Of a stretch of 63,348 bases of DNA, positions 45,628 to 54,773 are shown piece by piece. Made by a program: the position numbers and the translations under genes. The stretch lies in NCBI GenBank assembly GCA_008933025.1, contig WBXI01000002.1, positions 1-63,348 of the forward strand. The letters run 5' to 3'. Under the pieces are notes generated by a model, which had not been told where the DNA came from, ran no database searches, and worked only from the letters and a program-made list of their open reading frames with translations. The DNA comes from Verrucomicrobiota bacterium. Lineage in GTDB: Bacteria > Verrucomicrobiota > Verrucomicrobiia > Limisphaerales > UBA9464. Each line of letters opens with the position of its first letter. Position 1 is the stretch's first letter.

Positions 45628-46404
45628 TCAGTCGCGAAACATTCGCCCGACCTGCTTGGTGAAGCGCGAGGTCCAACCCTCGCCGCGCACGTCGTTGAGG
45701 GCGCGTTCGGCGGCGCGGCAGGTGGGTTCGAGCGCGAGGGCTTGGTGCAGGGACCGTTGGGCGGCTTCGTTCAGCCCCAGCGCGGCCTGGCATTCCCCGG
45801 CCAATAGCCAGGTCACGAACCGGTCCGGCGCGAGTTCCGCCGCTTCCCGCGCCAATTTCAGCGCCGCCGCGAATTGGCCCCAAAACGCCCGGATCCGCGC
45901 GGCCATCCATCGCACCAGCCAGTCCGCTCCCGACAATTGCAGCGCTCGGTCGAAACAGTGGTCCACTTGGCGCTGGCCGGCCGCGATCAGCACGTCGCCG
46001 CGGGCCAACCACACGTACGGGGTCTCGCCGGGTTGCTCGACGGCGGCATCCGAGAAAGGCATGGCCTCGTCCGCGCGCCCCAACCTTCCCAGCGAAACCG
46101 CCTTGGCCGCGAGCAGGTCGGCGGCTTTCGGGAATCGCTCGAGCGCCTTGTCCGCCCAGACGTTGGCTTCCTTCAACTGGCCGAGTTCCACGAGGGCCCG
46201 GATTTGGCCCGTCCATGCGGGAATGCTGAGGGGATCGAACTCCAGCACGCGCCCGAACCAGCGGAGGGCCGACTCGAATTCCCCACGGCCAAAGGCGATC
46301 GTGGCGTCCGCCAGGCAGCGGGTGGCGTCGGCGAGCGGCGGGTGCGTCCGCTGCGCCGCGGCGTCGCGTTGCCCGTCGAACTCGAGTTGGCCGAAGCGAC
46401 TCAT
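45628..46404 (-). CDS. TPR-repeat protein
   Basis: ATG 46404 inside ORF 45628..47682. Repeated 34-aa A/L/W/G patterns (ALRWFGRVLEFDPLSIPAWTGQIRALVELGQLKEA...). Confidence 0.7.
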   Translation of the reverse strand: MSRFGQLEFDGQRDAAAQRTHPPLADATRCLADATIAFGRGEFESALRWFGRVLEFDPLSIPAWTGQIRALVELGQLKEANVWADKALERFPKAADLLAAKAVSLGRLGRADEAMPFSDAAVEQPGETPYVWLARGDVLIAAGQRQVDHCFDRALQLSGADWLVRWMAARIRAFWGQFAAALKLAREAAELAPDRFVTWLLAGECQAALGLNEAAQRSLHQALALEPTCRAAERALNDVRGEGWTSRFTKQVGRMFRD

Positions 46405-46415
46405 GGAGTGTCGCG

Positions 46416-46443
46416 ACGGTATCGGGTTGGCCCCGCATCGCAA
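46416..46443 (-). promoter_or_regulatory. sigma70-like promoter upstream of TPR gene
   Basis: On the minus strand: TTGCGA (46443-46438), 16 nt, TACCGT (46421-46416), 11 nt, ATG 46404. Confidence 0.3.
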
Positions 46444-46644
46444 GGCAAGCGACCCGGCGGGCCGCCGCATCGGAAGCCGCGCGGGCACGTTGGCATGGAA
46501 GCCCCACCGATGGAGGAACGGGGGAAAGGCATGGGCGGTCGCGGGATTGGACCGCGTCGCGGATCGATCGTCACGCGAGCCGGCGGGCCACGCGCGCGGA
46601 TTCGGGCTTGGCGCGGGAAGCCGCGTTCCCGGAGTCTCCGGTCC

Positions 46645-47532
46645 ATGTCGAACCGCCTCCTCCTCGTGGATGGCCATGCCTACGCCTACCGGGCCTTCTA
46701 CGCCATCCGCTCCCTGAACGCGCCGGACGGTTCGCCGACCAATGCCGTGTTCGGCTTCGTCAAGATGCTCCAGAAAATGGAAGCGTCCCTCAAACCCACG
46801 CACCGGCTGGTGTTGTGGGACGCCGGCCTTGCCGAGGAACGACTCGCCGCGCTCCCGGGCTACAAGGCGGATCGCCCGCCCACTCCCGACGATCTCGTTT
46901 CCCAGTTCCCCCGCATGGAAGCCTGGCTCGACGCCGCGGGCTGGGCACAGCTGCAGATCGAAGGCACGGAAGCCGACGATTGGATCGGCACCTACGCCAA
47001 GCGCTCGTCCGCGGCCGGTTGGTCGACGGTGATCGCCAGTTCCGACAAGGATTTCCTCCAACTGGTCGACGAACGCGTCGGCATCCTCAACCCAAACGAC
47101 AAGACCGAGCGCATCTGGGGCGCCGCCGACGTCGAGGCCAAGACCGGCGTGCAGCCGGCGCAGGTCGTCGACTGGCTGGCGCTGGTGGGCGACGCAGTCG
47201 ACGCCATCCCCGGGGTGTCGGGCGTCGGACCCAAGACCGCGGCGGACCTGCTGAAGCGGTACGGGTCGATCGATGCCCTGTTGCCGCGGGTGCCGGAGAT
47301 CAAGGCGGACCGGCTCCGGACCGAGTTGATGGCCGCGACGGACCTGCTGCGGCGAAACCAGGGCATGGTGCGGCTGAACTGCGGCCTGGAGGGCGGTCCC
47401 GTGCTGGAGTCGTTGGCCTCGCGCGACCCCGACACCGCGAAGCTGCGCGAGCTGTACCGGACCTTTGGCTTCAAGAGCCTGCACGCGGAGCTGGGCGGCG
47501 ACGCAGGCGTGGTGCAGGGCGAACTGCTCTGA
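46645..47532 (+). CDS. stand-alone 5'-3' exonuclease / flap endonuclease (Pol I N-terminal domain homologue)
   Basis: ATG 46645. LLLVDGHAYAYRAFYA, GYKADR, EADDWIGT, SSDKDFLQLV, and the H3TH segment DAIPGVSGVGPKTAADLLKRYGS. It ends after the FGFKSL linker with no polymerase domain. Confidence 0.88.
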   Translation: MSNRLLLVDGHAYAYRAFYAIRSLNAPDGSPTNAVFGFVKMLQKMEASLKPTHRLVLWDAGLAEERLAALPGYKADRPPTPDDLVSQFPRMEAWLDAAGWAQLQIEGTEADDWIGTYAKRSSAAGWSTVIASSDKDFLQLVDERVGILNPNDKTERIWGAADVEAKTGVQPAQVVDWLALVGDAVDAIPGVSGVGPKTAADLLKRYGSIDALLPRVPEIKADRLRTELMAATDLLRRNQGMVRLNCGLEGGPVLESLASRDPDTAKLRELYRTFGFKSLHAELGGDAGVVQGELL

Positions 47533-48039
47533 GGGTCGGGCCTGCCGGGCTGGCCGACGGGCTGAAACCGGGAGGTTCCCACGCGGCGACCATCCAAGCG
47601 GGCGTGAGGCTTTCGAAGGTCTTGCCCGCTCCGTGGGCCGAAGGACCCGCCCCTTGCCACCGCACCGGATGTGCCGTGCCATGCGACGACGACCCCAGCG
47701 GCCGCGTCGTGGCCGACGGCCTCTATTCCCTTTGAACCGGGCCGCAGGACGTTCCCAGGTCGGGTGCTGCCGGGAGGCGTCTTCTCGGCGGCAACGCGGG
47801 AGGCGACATCAACGAGCCGTTCACGTCCCAAGGCGTGAACCTGGTCGGCGGCGGCGGACGCGGGCGACCCGGGCGCGCGCTCGGCGCCGTGAACGGGGAT
47901 GGACCGAAGCGGTTGGGAAACCCGCACGGCATCGCCCGTCCGACGTCGTGCAGTGCGATCGGGGTGGGCATGGGTCCGGAGAACCGCATTGGGCGGCGCG
48001 ACCCGGTCTGGAAGGAATGGCGAAGGCCCGGGATCGCGC

Positions 48040-50268
48040 TCAGTCCGGCTTGGAGACGGTGCCCGCGAGGACGACCCGGAAGCCGGTGACGTTGTTGCGG
48101 CCGTCGGGGTCCCAGCCGCGGCGGGCCCCGGACCGGATCCCGGCCTCGCTGGCCTCGAGCCAAGTGCCGCCGCGCACCACGCGCTCCTTGCCGCCCGGCT
48201 TGTAGAGGTCGTCGCACATCTCGGCGACGTTGCCGCCGAGGTCGTGGATGCCGAGCGCGTTCGCCGGGAAGGCGCCGACCGGCGACAGCGTCGGGTAGCC
48301 ATCGCGGTAGTCGTCGAGTTCCGGTTTGGCGTTGTAGACCGCCGCGGTGGCCGACTTGTCGCGGTAGTTCCCGACCGGTGTCCTGGGCGGGAAGTCGTCG
48401 CCCCACGGGTAGTGCCGTCCCGCATTCTCGCCCCGTTCCGCGGGCGTGGCGCCGGTCTCGGCGGCGAGCCCCGCGGCGCGGCTCCATTCCACGTCGGTGG
48501 GAAGGCGGTAGAACTGGTTCGTGGCCAGCCTCCCATTGCTGCGCCCGCGCACCGTGAGCCATTCGCAGAACTTCCGGGCATCGGCCCAGTTCACCTGCAC
48601 GACCGGAGCCCGGTCGTCCGTGGGGATCCGGCCCCCGATGAAGAACGGCGCCTGCCAGTTGGTGCTCGCCGTCGGGTCGGCCAGCGCGTGGACGCGGTAC
48701 ACGGAACGCGGCGTTTCCCAGACGCACATCAGGATGCGCGTGCCCGGCACCGGGACGAAGGGCATCCCGAATTCGTTGGTCCAGGGCCTCGCGGCGGTGG
48801 CGTCGGGGAGATGCGCGCGGAGGTTGAGGGCCAGCCCCTGGAGTCGGGTGCGCGCGGGGGTCGGCTTCGGATCGTCGGGAAGGCGCAGGCCGTCGAGAAA
48901 CTCGGTGGCACTCCGGTTGGTGTCCGGCGACACGACGGGCGGCCGCAAGGGCGCGGTCGCCGGCAGCGGGGCCGGGGCGACGTTGCCCAACCGCGCGATG
49001 CCAGCGGGCGCGCCGAGGGCCGCGCGGCGGTCCTTCCAGTACTGGGCGAAGATGCGGCGGTTGCGGGGCGTGTTCTGCGAGAGCGCCTCGAGCTCGCCGA
49101 GCAATTCCTCGAGATCCCGGCCGGTGACGCGGTCGAGCGCGGAGCGGACCGACGCGAGGGCATCGGCCGGGAACTGGTTCTCGGCATCCTCGGCCACGGC
49201 GAGGGCCAGCAGGCGGCGCGCCTCGTGGCGCCGGGCGTCGCGCATGGCGTTGGCCTCGCGCACGGCCTCGCGGCGCCGCAGGGCCTCGGGATGCACGGCG
49301 AGCGGGATGGAACGGGCGAGTTCGCCCTCGAACCATGGCTCCTGGTTCTCGTGCTTCTGCGCGCGCACCCAGTCGCGCGTCGCCCGCGTCGCATACGCGC
49401 TGGCGTCCCCGAGCCGGATGAAGCCGTCCGGGGCGTCGGCCCCCGCCCCGCCCCGGATCGCCTCCAGCAGGAAGTGGGTGAACACCCCCTGCTGGAACCC
49501 GGGCGATTCCCAGCTCAACTGGCCCGCGCCGCACGAGGCGACGACGGCGAAGCCCTCGGACGCCTTGAGCGCGTCGCGCAGCGCGTTGTTCATGCGCTGT
49601 TCGCCGCGAACCTCGGTCCCCAGCGTCTCCCGGCAGGCGTCGAGGACGAGGATGCGCTTGTTGGCCCGCGCCTCGCGCAAAGTGTCCTTCACCGACTGCA
49701 CGGACACGCCGGTCGAGCCGACGTATTTCCGTCGCCCGTCCGAGGGCATGATGTACGCCGTGCCTTTCTCCTCGAATCCGTGGGAGCCGAAGCTGACCAC
49801 CACGAGGCCGTCGGGCGAGGAGGCCTTCTGGACCGTGTCGTCGAGGGCGTCGAGGAGGTTGATGCGCCGGGCGTCTCCGATGCTGGCGCCGGCGGCCTTC
49901 AGTTCGGCGAGGAACTGGAGCCCGCGCTGGGAGACGGGGTGGGAGCTGATGGCAACGCGGGTGTGGGCCGGCGGGATGAGCTTGAGTTCCAGCGTGAAGA
50001 GGTGGGCGAGGGCGACCGCGTCGTCGGGCGTGAAATTCAGCCGGTCGAGGCCCGAGTTGTCCTCGAAGGCGCCGACGCCCACGAACAGTCCGGCCGACCC
50101 GTCGGCGTCGACCTTCTCCCCGGCGCGTTCGGCCGGTTCGAGGGGACGGGCGACCGCGGTGAGGCCGCGGACGGGTTCGGCGGCGACGCCGCGGGAAAGG
50201 ACGCCCAGACAGAGTGCCGCCAACGCCGGCCAGACCGCGGCGGATCGGAAGACGGCGGAGGTTTTCAT
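48040..50268 (-). CDS. exported caspase-like (peptidase C14) protease fused to FGE/SUMF1-fold domain
   Basis: Signal peptide MKTSAVFRSAAVWPALAALCLGVLSRGVAAEP. C14 dyad SFGSHG (His163) and LVLDACR (Cys212). C-terminal aa ~497-735 carry WADARKFCEWL, YRLPTDVEWSRAA, HDLGGNVAEM, RVVRGGTW and VTGFRVV. Confidence 0.85.
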   Translation of the reverse strand: MKTSAVFRSAAVWPALAALCLGVLSRGVAAEPVRGLTAVARPLEPAERAGEKVDADGSAGLFVGVGAFEDNSGLDRLNFTPDDAVALAHLFTLELKLIPPAHTRVAISSHPVSQRGLQFLAELKAAGASIGDARRINLLDALDDTVQKASSPDGLVVVSFGSHGFEEKGTAYIMPSDGRRKYVGSTGVSVQSVKDTLREARANKRILVLDACRETLGTEVRGEQRMNNALRDALKASEGFAVVASCGAGQLSWESPGFQQGVFTHFLLEAIRGGAGADAPDGFIRLGDASAYATRATRDWVRAQKHENQEPWFEGELARSIPLAVHPEALRRREAVREANAMRDARRHEARRLLALAVAEDAENQFPADALASVRSALDRVTGRDLEELLGELEALSQNTPRNRRIFAQYWKDRRAALGAPAGIARLGNVAPAPLPATAPLRPPVVSPDTNRSATEFLDGLRLPDDPKPTPARTRLQGLALNLRAHLPDATAARPWTNEFGMPFVPVPGTRILMCVWETPRSVYRVHALADPTASTNWQAPFFIGGRIPTDDRAPVVQVNWADARKFCEWLTVRGRSNGRLATNQFYRLPTDVEWSRAAGLAAETGATPAERGENAGRHYPWGDDFPPRTPVGNYRDKSATAAVYNAKPELDDYRDGYPTLSPVGAFPANALGIHDLGGNVAEMCDDLYKPGGKERVVRGGTWLEASEAGIRSGARRGWDPDGRNNVTGFRVVLAGTVSKPD

Positions 50269-50284
50269 GGGAGTGGCGGGCGGC

Positions 50285-50860
50285 CTACTTCACTTCGGCG
50301 AAGCCCAGCCAGCGGTCTTGGTCGAGCTTGGCCGACTCGGCCTGGGCCCAGCGTTCGTAGGCCTCGAGCCGTGCCTGTCGGCGCTTGTTGACCTCGTCCG
50401 CGATGTTCCGCCCGAGCGTGAAGAGGTCGCCGACCGAGACGGCGAGGAACTTGGCGTCCTTGGCGTCCTGCCCGGTGCGTTCGCGGAGGACGCGATCGGC
50501 GTAGGTGTTGAACTCGACGACGGCGTCGGAAGCGGCCTTGCGGCGCGGGGCGATGCCGTCCTCGGAAAGCGGGATGCCCGAGCGGACCATGGACTGGATG
50601 TTGGCGAGCCAGCCGTTCACGCCGCCGCGGGCTTCCTCGTAGAGCCGTTCGGCCTCCACGAGTTCGGCACTGCCGGCGGGAACCTGCTTGCGGAGGTTGC
50701 GGACATAGAACTCGGTGGCGGTGCGGGCCTGGAGCATGTCGCCATGCAGCGATTGCAGCGCGCGGAGGGTGGGTTCGGGAATCGCGGGAGCCGGAGCGGC
50801 GCAGCCCAGGCCAAGCAGAATCGCCACGAGAAAAGGTACGAGCCGGATCGAGGATTTCAT
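50285..50860 (-). CDS. helical secreted/lipoprotein, hypothetical (191 aa)
   Basis: ATG 50860 inside ORF 50285..52063. MKSSIRLVPFLVAILLGLGCAAP is a signal peptide with a possible lipobox. The rest is charged and helical. It lies 16 nt upstream of the caspase-FGE gene on the same strand. Confidence 0.65.
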   Translation of the reverse strand: MKSSIRLVPFLVAILLGLGCAAPAPAIPEPTLRALQSLHGDMLQARTATEFYVRNLRKQVPAGSAELVEAERLYEEARGGVNGWLANIQSMVRSGIPLSEDGIAPRRKAASDAVVEFNTYADRVLRERTGQDAKDAKFLAVSVGDLFTLGRNIADEVNKRRQARLEAYERWAQAESAKLDQDRWLGFAEVK

Positions 50861-51140
50861 GCGCGACGGGCAGGACCCGTTCGACGGAATCCTGCGCCAG
50901 CCCGGGGCAGGCGGTAAAGGACTGGCTTGCCCCGCCGTCCGCCGGGGTGCGTCCCGCCGCCGTCGCGATCGACCGAGCCCCGGGGCGGCACACCGCCGGA
51001 ATGCCGGGTCGTGGAGTCGACGCCATCCGTTCCCCATCCCGTTGCCCGGTGGCTTTGTGGCGCCCCCGCTGGCTCCCTCCGCGACCCATCGACGGCGACC
51101 CTCCCGCCAAGACCCATCCCGTTCGTTCCCCAAATGCGTG

Positions 51141-51169
51141 TTGCCCACCCGAAACATCGGGACTAAATG
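51141..51169 (+). promoter_or_regulatory. sigma70-like promoter upstream of hypothetical gene / rnc
   Basis: TTGCCC (51141-51146), 17 nt, TAAATG (51164-51169). ATG 51200 lies 30 nt downstream. Confidence 0.3.
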
Positions 51170-51199
51170 AACGCCGCCGGGTCTGCATCCGGACCGATC

Positions 51200-51811
51200 A
51201 TGCTTGAGTGGAACATCCAGTCCCGCGCCCATGGCTGCCAGTTGAGCGGGCACGCGTTCGCCGAAGGCGAGACCTACCACACCGTCCTGCTCGGCGCCAA
51301 AGAAGGCTTCGAACGGCTCGACCTGTGCGCGGCGGCGTGGCGGGACCACGGGGCCGAGATCGTCGCGCGTCCGAATTTCGTGTCGCATTGGGTCGGCACC
51401 TATGTGCCGCCACCGGCCTCCCCGCCGGAAGCGATCCGCAAGGACGATGCGGAAACCCTGCTGCGGGCGTTGCTGGAGCGGCGGGACGAACGGCACGCGC
51501 CGGCGGCCTTCATCCTCGCGGTGATGCTCGAGCGCAAACGCATCCTGAAGGTGAAAAGCCAACTCCGCGAGGGCGGGCGGCGCGTGATCGTGTACGAGCA
51601 CCCGAAGAGCGGCGACGTGTTCGCGATCGCCGACCCGGATTTGCAATTGGCCCAATTGGAAGCCGTCCAGCGCGACGTCGGGCAACTGCTCGAGCATGGT
51701 CTGCCGGCTCTCGACGGGGTGTTCCCGGAATCCACGGCTCCCTCGCCGGGAGGCCCGGAAGAGGAACCGTTCAATGCACCCAGCGATCTTGCCACCCTTG
51801 CGCCAGCCTGA
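51200..51811 (+). CDS. conserved hypothetical protein
   Basis: MLEWNIQSRAHGCQLSGHAFAEGETYHTVLL resembles an N-terminal pattern I recall from PVC hypothetical proteins (unverified). ATG 51200 is preferred because ATG 51167 lies inside a -10-like TAAATG. Confidence 0.6.
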   Translation: MLEWNIQSRAHGCQLSGHAFAEGETYHTVLLGAKEGFERLDLCAAAWRDHGAEIVARPNFVSHWVGTYVPPPASPPEAIRKDDAETLLRALLERRDERHAPAAFILAVMLERKRILKVKSQLREGGRRVIVYEHPKSGDVFAIADPDLQLAQLEAVQRDVGQLLEHGLPALDGVFPESTAPSPGGPEEEPFNAPSDLATLAPA

Positions 51812-51886
51812 GGTGCCGATCGCGGAAGGCCGCTGTCCCAAGGGGCCGCGACCTTCCGCAATCGGCAGCGGCTGACCTTCCCGCCC

Positions 51887-52606
51887 ATGCCCACCCTCGC
51901 CGATCTCGAAGCGGCCCTCGGCTACCGCTTTCGCGACCCCGAACTGCTGCGTCTCGCGCTCACGCATCCATCGCTCGCCCACGAACAGGGCGCGAACCAG
52001 ATGCACAACCAACGTCTCGAGTTCCTCGGCGACGCCGTGCTGCAACTGGTCATCACCACCCAACTATACCAGCAGTTTCCCGATGTGGGCGAAGGCCCGC
52101 TCACCCAGGCCCGCGCCCAATTGGTCAATCGCACCACGCTGGCGATGCATGGCCGCCGCCTCGGCCTTGGCATCCATCTCGTCATCAGCCGCGGCGAGGA
52201 ATCCAGCGGCGGGCGCACCCGGGCCTCGACCGTGGCGGATGCATTCGAGGCGGTGATCGGGGCGGTCTTCCTCGACTCCGACTATCCCACCGTCCGCGAT
52301 CTGGTGCTCCGCATCTGCCGCGAATCCCTCGGGGAACTCGAGGCCGTGCCGAATCTTTCGAACCCCAAGGGCGAGTTGCAGGAATTGTTGCAGGCGACGG
52401 CGCCCGAACCGCCCCGATACGAGCTGAAGTCGAGTTCCGGACCGGACCATGACCGGGATTTCGAGTGTTCGGTGCACCATCGGGGCGAGGAGTTGGGACG
52501 CGGGCACGGGCGCAGCAAGAAACACGCGGAAAGCGCGGCGGCACTGGCCGCGCTCCAACTGGTCCGGGCAAGGATGGCCGCCGGGGAACCCGGCGAGATG
52601 CCATGA
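51887..52606 (+). CDS. rnc: ribonuclease III
   Basis: Signature [12 protein letters not shown], catalytic [12 protein letters not shown], and a C-terminal dsRBD ([20 protein letters not shown]). Confidence 0.92.
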   Translation: MPTLADLEAALGYRFRDPELLRLALTHPSLAHEQGANQMHNQRLEFLGDAVLQLVITTQLYQQFPDVGEGPLTQARAQLVNRTTLAMHGRRLGLGIHLVISRGEESSGGRTRASTVADAFEAVIGAVFLDSDYPTVRDLVLRICRESLGELEAVPNLSNPKGELQELLQATAPEPPRYELKSSSGPDHDRDFECSVHHRGEELGRGHGRSKKHAESAAALAALQLVRARMAAGEPGEMP

Positions 52607-52667
52607 TCGCCGCCCCCGGCACAAAGCGGGGTTTCGTATTCCCGCGGGCATCGGCACGGCGCGTTCC

Positions 52668-52696
52668 TTGACGCTGTCGGGCCCCCCCCCTAACTT
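52668..52696 (+). promoter_or_regulatory. sigma70-like promoter of clpP-clpX
   Basis: TTGACG (52668-52673), 17 nt, TAACTT (52691-52696), 25 nt, ATG 52722. Confidence 0.4.
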
Positions 52697-52721
52697 CGCC
52701 ACCGATTCACGCGACCCGCGT

Positions 52722-53360
52722 ATGTACAATTTTTCCATCCCGTACGTCATCGAGCAAACCGGCCGCGGCGAGCGTGGCTACGACCTCTACTCCCGACTGC
52801 TCGTCGATCGCATCGTGTTCCTCGGCACCCCGGTCGACGACATGGTGGCCAACGTCATCATCGCCCAGTTCCTTTTCCTGCAGATGACGGACCCGAAGAA
52901 GGACATCCATTTCTACATCAATTCGCCGGGCGGCAGCGTGACGGCCGGATTGGCGATCTACGACACGATGCAGTGGCTGACCTGCGACGTGAATACCTAC
53001 TGCATCGGGCAGGCCGCGAGCATGGGTGCGGTTTTGCTGTCGGGCGGGACCCGTGGCAAGCGCTTCGCCCTGCCCAACGCACGGATCATGATCCACCAAC
53101 CGTGGGGCGGCGCCCAGGGCCAGGCCTCGGATATCAGCATCCAGGCCCGCGAGATCCTCCGGCTTCGCGATCGCTTGAACGAGATCCTGGCCAACCACTG
53201 CAACCGTCCGGTCGACCAGATCCAGAAGGACACGGACCGGGACAATTTCCTGAGCGCCGAGGAAGCCAAGGCCTACGGCTTGGTGGACGAGGTGGTCCGC
53301 AGTCGTCGGGAATTGCCCGTGCCGGTGCCCGCACCGGCGCCGCCGGAAAAGCCGGCCTGA
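52722..53360 (+). CDS. clpP: ATP-dependent Clp protease proteolytic subunit
   Basis: ATG 52722. Ser/His/Asp blocks [17 protein letters not shown] and DTDRDNF. Confidence 0.93.
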   Translation: MYNFSIPYVIEQTGRGERGYDLYSRLLVDRIVFLGTPVDDMVANVIIAQFLFLQMTDPKKDIHFYINSPGGSVTAGLAIYDTMQWLTCDVNTYCIGQAASMGAVLLSGGTRGKRFALPNARIMIHQPWGGAQGQASDISIQAREILRLRDRLNEILANHCNRPVDQIQKDTDRDNFLSAEEAKAYGLVDEVVRSRRELPVPVPAPAPPEKPA

Positions 53361-53430
53361 TCCGGGCGGCCCACAACGGTCCGCGGACGCAGGCGCCGCG
53401 GCCCCTTTTCCCCCTTTCCCCCAAATCGAC

Positions 53431-54705
53431 ATGGCCCGCGCCACGCAGATCACGATGTGCAGCTTCTGCGGCAAATCCAAAGCCGAGGTGCGGAAGCTCA
53501 TCGCGGGCCCCGGCGTCTTCATTTGCGACGGGTGCGTGACGGTGTGCAAGGGAGTCCTCGACAAGGAATTCAGCCAGGACAGCCACCGCCAACTGCGTAC
53601 CCTCAACGTCCCGAAGCCCGCCGAGATCAAGGCGCGTCTGGACCAGTTTGTGATCGGGCAGGAGGAGGCGAAGAAATCCCTCAGCGTCGCGGTCTACAAC
53701 CATTACAAGCGCGTCCTCTACAACGGTGCGGAAACCGCCGGCGCGGAGGCGGACGCGGAGTCCGTCGACATCGAGAAGAGCAACATCCTGCTGGTGGGTC
53801 CGACCGGTTCCGGAAAGACGCTGTTGGCCCGGACGCTGGCCCGGTTGCTGGACGTTCCCTTCGCGATCGCCGATGCCACGTCGATCACCGAGGCCGGTTA
53901 CGTCGGCGAGGACGTCGAGAACATCATCCTCAGGCTCCTCCAAAACGCCGACTTCGACGTCAAACGCGCGCAGATCGGGATCGTGTACATCGACGAAATC
54001 GACAAGATCGCCCGGCGCACCGAGAACGTCTCGATCACCCGCGACGTGTCGGGGGAAGGCGTGCAGCAGGGGTTGCTGAAGATCCTCGAGGGCACGACCT
54101 GCAACGTGCCGCCGCAAGGCGGGCGCAAACATCCGCAACAGGAGTACATCAAGGTCGACACCACCAACGTGCTGTTCATCTGCGGCGGCGCGTTCGTCGG
54201 CTTGGAGCGGGTCATCCAGCGTAGGATGGGACGAGGCGTGTTGGGTTTCTCGGGAAGCACGACGGCGGTCGGTGCGGAGGAGCCGGCCGCGGGAGATATC
54301 CTGCAACGGATCGAACCCGAGGATCTCTTGGCCTACGGGTTCATCCCGGAATTCATCGGGCGCCTGCCGGTGGTGTCGGTGCTGTCGGAACTGACGGAGG
54401 GCCAGTTGGTCCAGATCCTGACGGAACCGAGAAACGCCTTGGTGAAACAGTACGCCAAACTGCTGTCGCTCGACGGGGCCGAACTGGTTTTCACGCCGGA
54501 TGCCATCCAGGAGTTGGCTGTCCGGGCACGGAAGAAAGGGACGGGAGCGCGGGCCCTGCGGGCGATGGTGGAGCGCCTGATGCGGGACGTGATGTTCGAC
54601 ATTCCGGGAGCGGACGACATTGCCGGCGTGACGGTGAACCGGGCGGTGGTGCTCGGGGAAGCGGCGCCGTTGGTGCGTCGGAAAGAACAGAGGGCAGCCG
54701 CCTGA
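53431..54705 (+). CDS. clpX: ATP-dependent Clp protease ATP-binding subunit
   Basis: Zinc-finger CSFCGK...CDGC, Walker A GPTGSGKT, Walker [13 protein letters not shown]-like loop and sensor regions. Confidence 0.95.
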   Translation: MARATQITMCSFCGKSKAEVRKLIAGPGVFICDGCVTVCKGVLDKEFSQDSHRQLRTLNVPKPAEIKARLDQFVIGQEEAKKSLSVAVYNHYKRVLYNGAETAGAEADAESVDIEKSNILLVGPTGSGKTLLARTLARLLDVPFAIADATSITEAGYVGEDVENIILRLLQNADFDVKRAQIGIVYIDEIDKIARRTENVSITRDVSGEGVQQGLLKILEGTTCNVPPQGGRKHPQQEYIKVDTTNVLFICGGAFVGLERVIQRRMGRGVLGFSGSTTAVGAEEPAAGDILQRIEPEDLLAYGFIPEFIGRLPVVSVLSELTEGQLVQILTEPRNALVKQYAKLLSLDGAELVFTPDAIQELAVRARKKGTGARALRAMVERLMRDVMFDIPGADDIAGVTVNRAVVLGEAAPLVRRKEQRAAA

Positions 54706-54773
54706 ATATGGCGTTGACTCACCCGGCTTTTTTGGGTACCCATCGTACGTTGGTTGGAGCACCGGAACAGCTT

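Noticed and set aside
47819-47840. Hairpin loop tcccaagg shared with the terminator at 55386-55412, suggesting a repeated palindromic element
   Set aside because: Only two occurrences, the stems are unrelated in sequence, and the first lacks a U-tract. It is most likely coincidence.
47533-48039. Decayed Pol I polymerase domain downstream of the 5' nuclease gene
   Set aside because: The gap is far too short for the missing domains. None of the plus-frame translations shows 3'-5' exo or polymerase motifs.
48040-48300. Diversity-generating retroelement target: the FGE/C-type-lectin fold is the classic DGR variable-protein scaffold
   Set aside because: No reverse transcriptase gene is present in the window. 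I could find no template-repeat-like second copy of the 3' end of the gene in the adjacent 507-bp gap or elsewhere in the window.
50285-50860. Bacterial gasdermin next to a caspase-like protease
   Set aside because: The protein has an export signal and possible lipobox, is only 191 aa, and is predicted helical and charged throughout. It is unlike the beta-rich cytoplasmic bacterial gasdermins.
54708-54773. ATG at 54708, 2 nt downstream of the clpX stop codon (54703-54705), as start of the downstream gene
   Set aside because: The 22 extra residues precede a perfect signal peptide that begins at ATG 54774, so the shorter form is more plausible.
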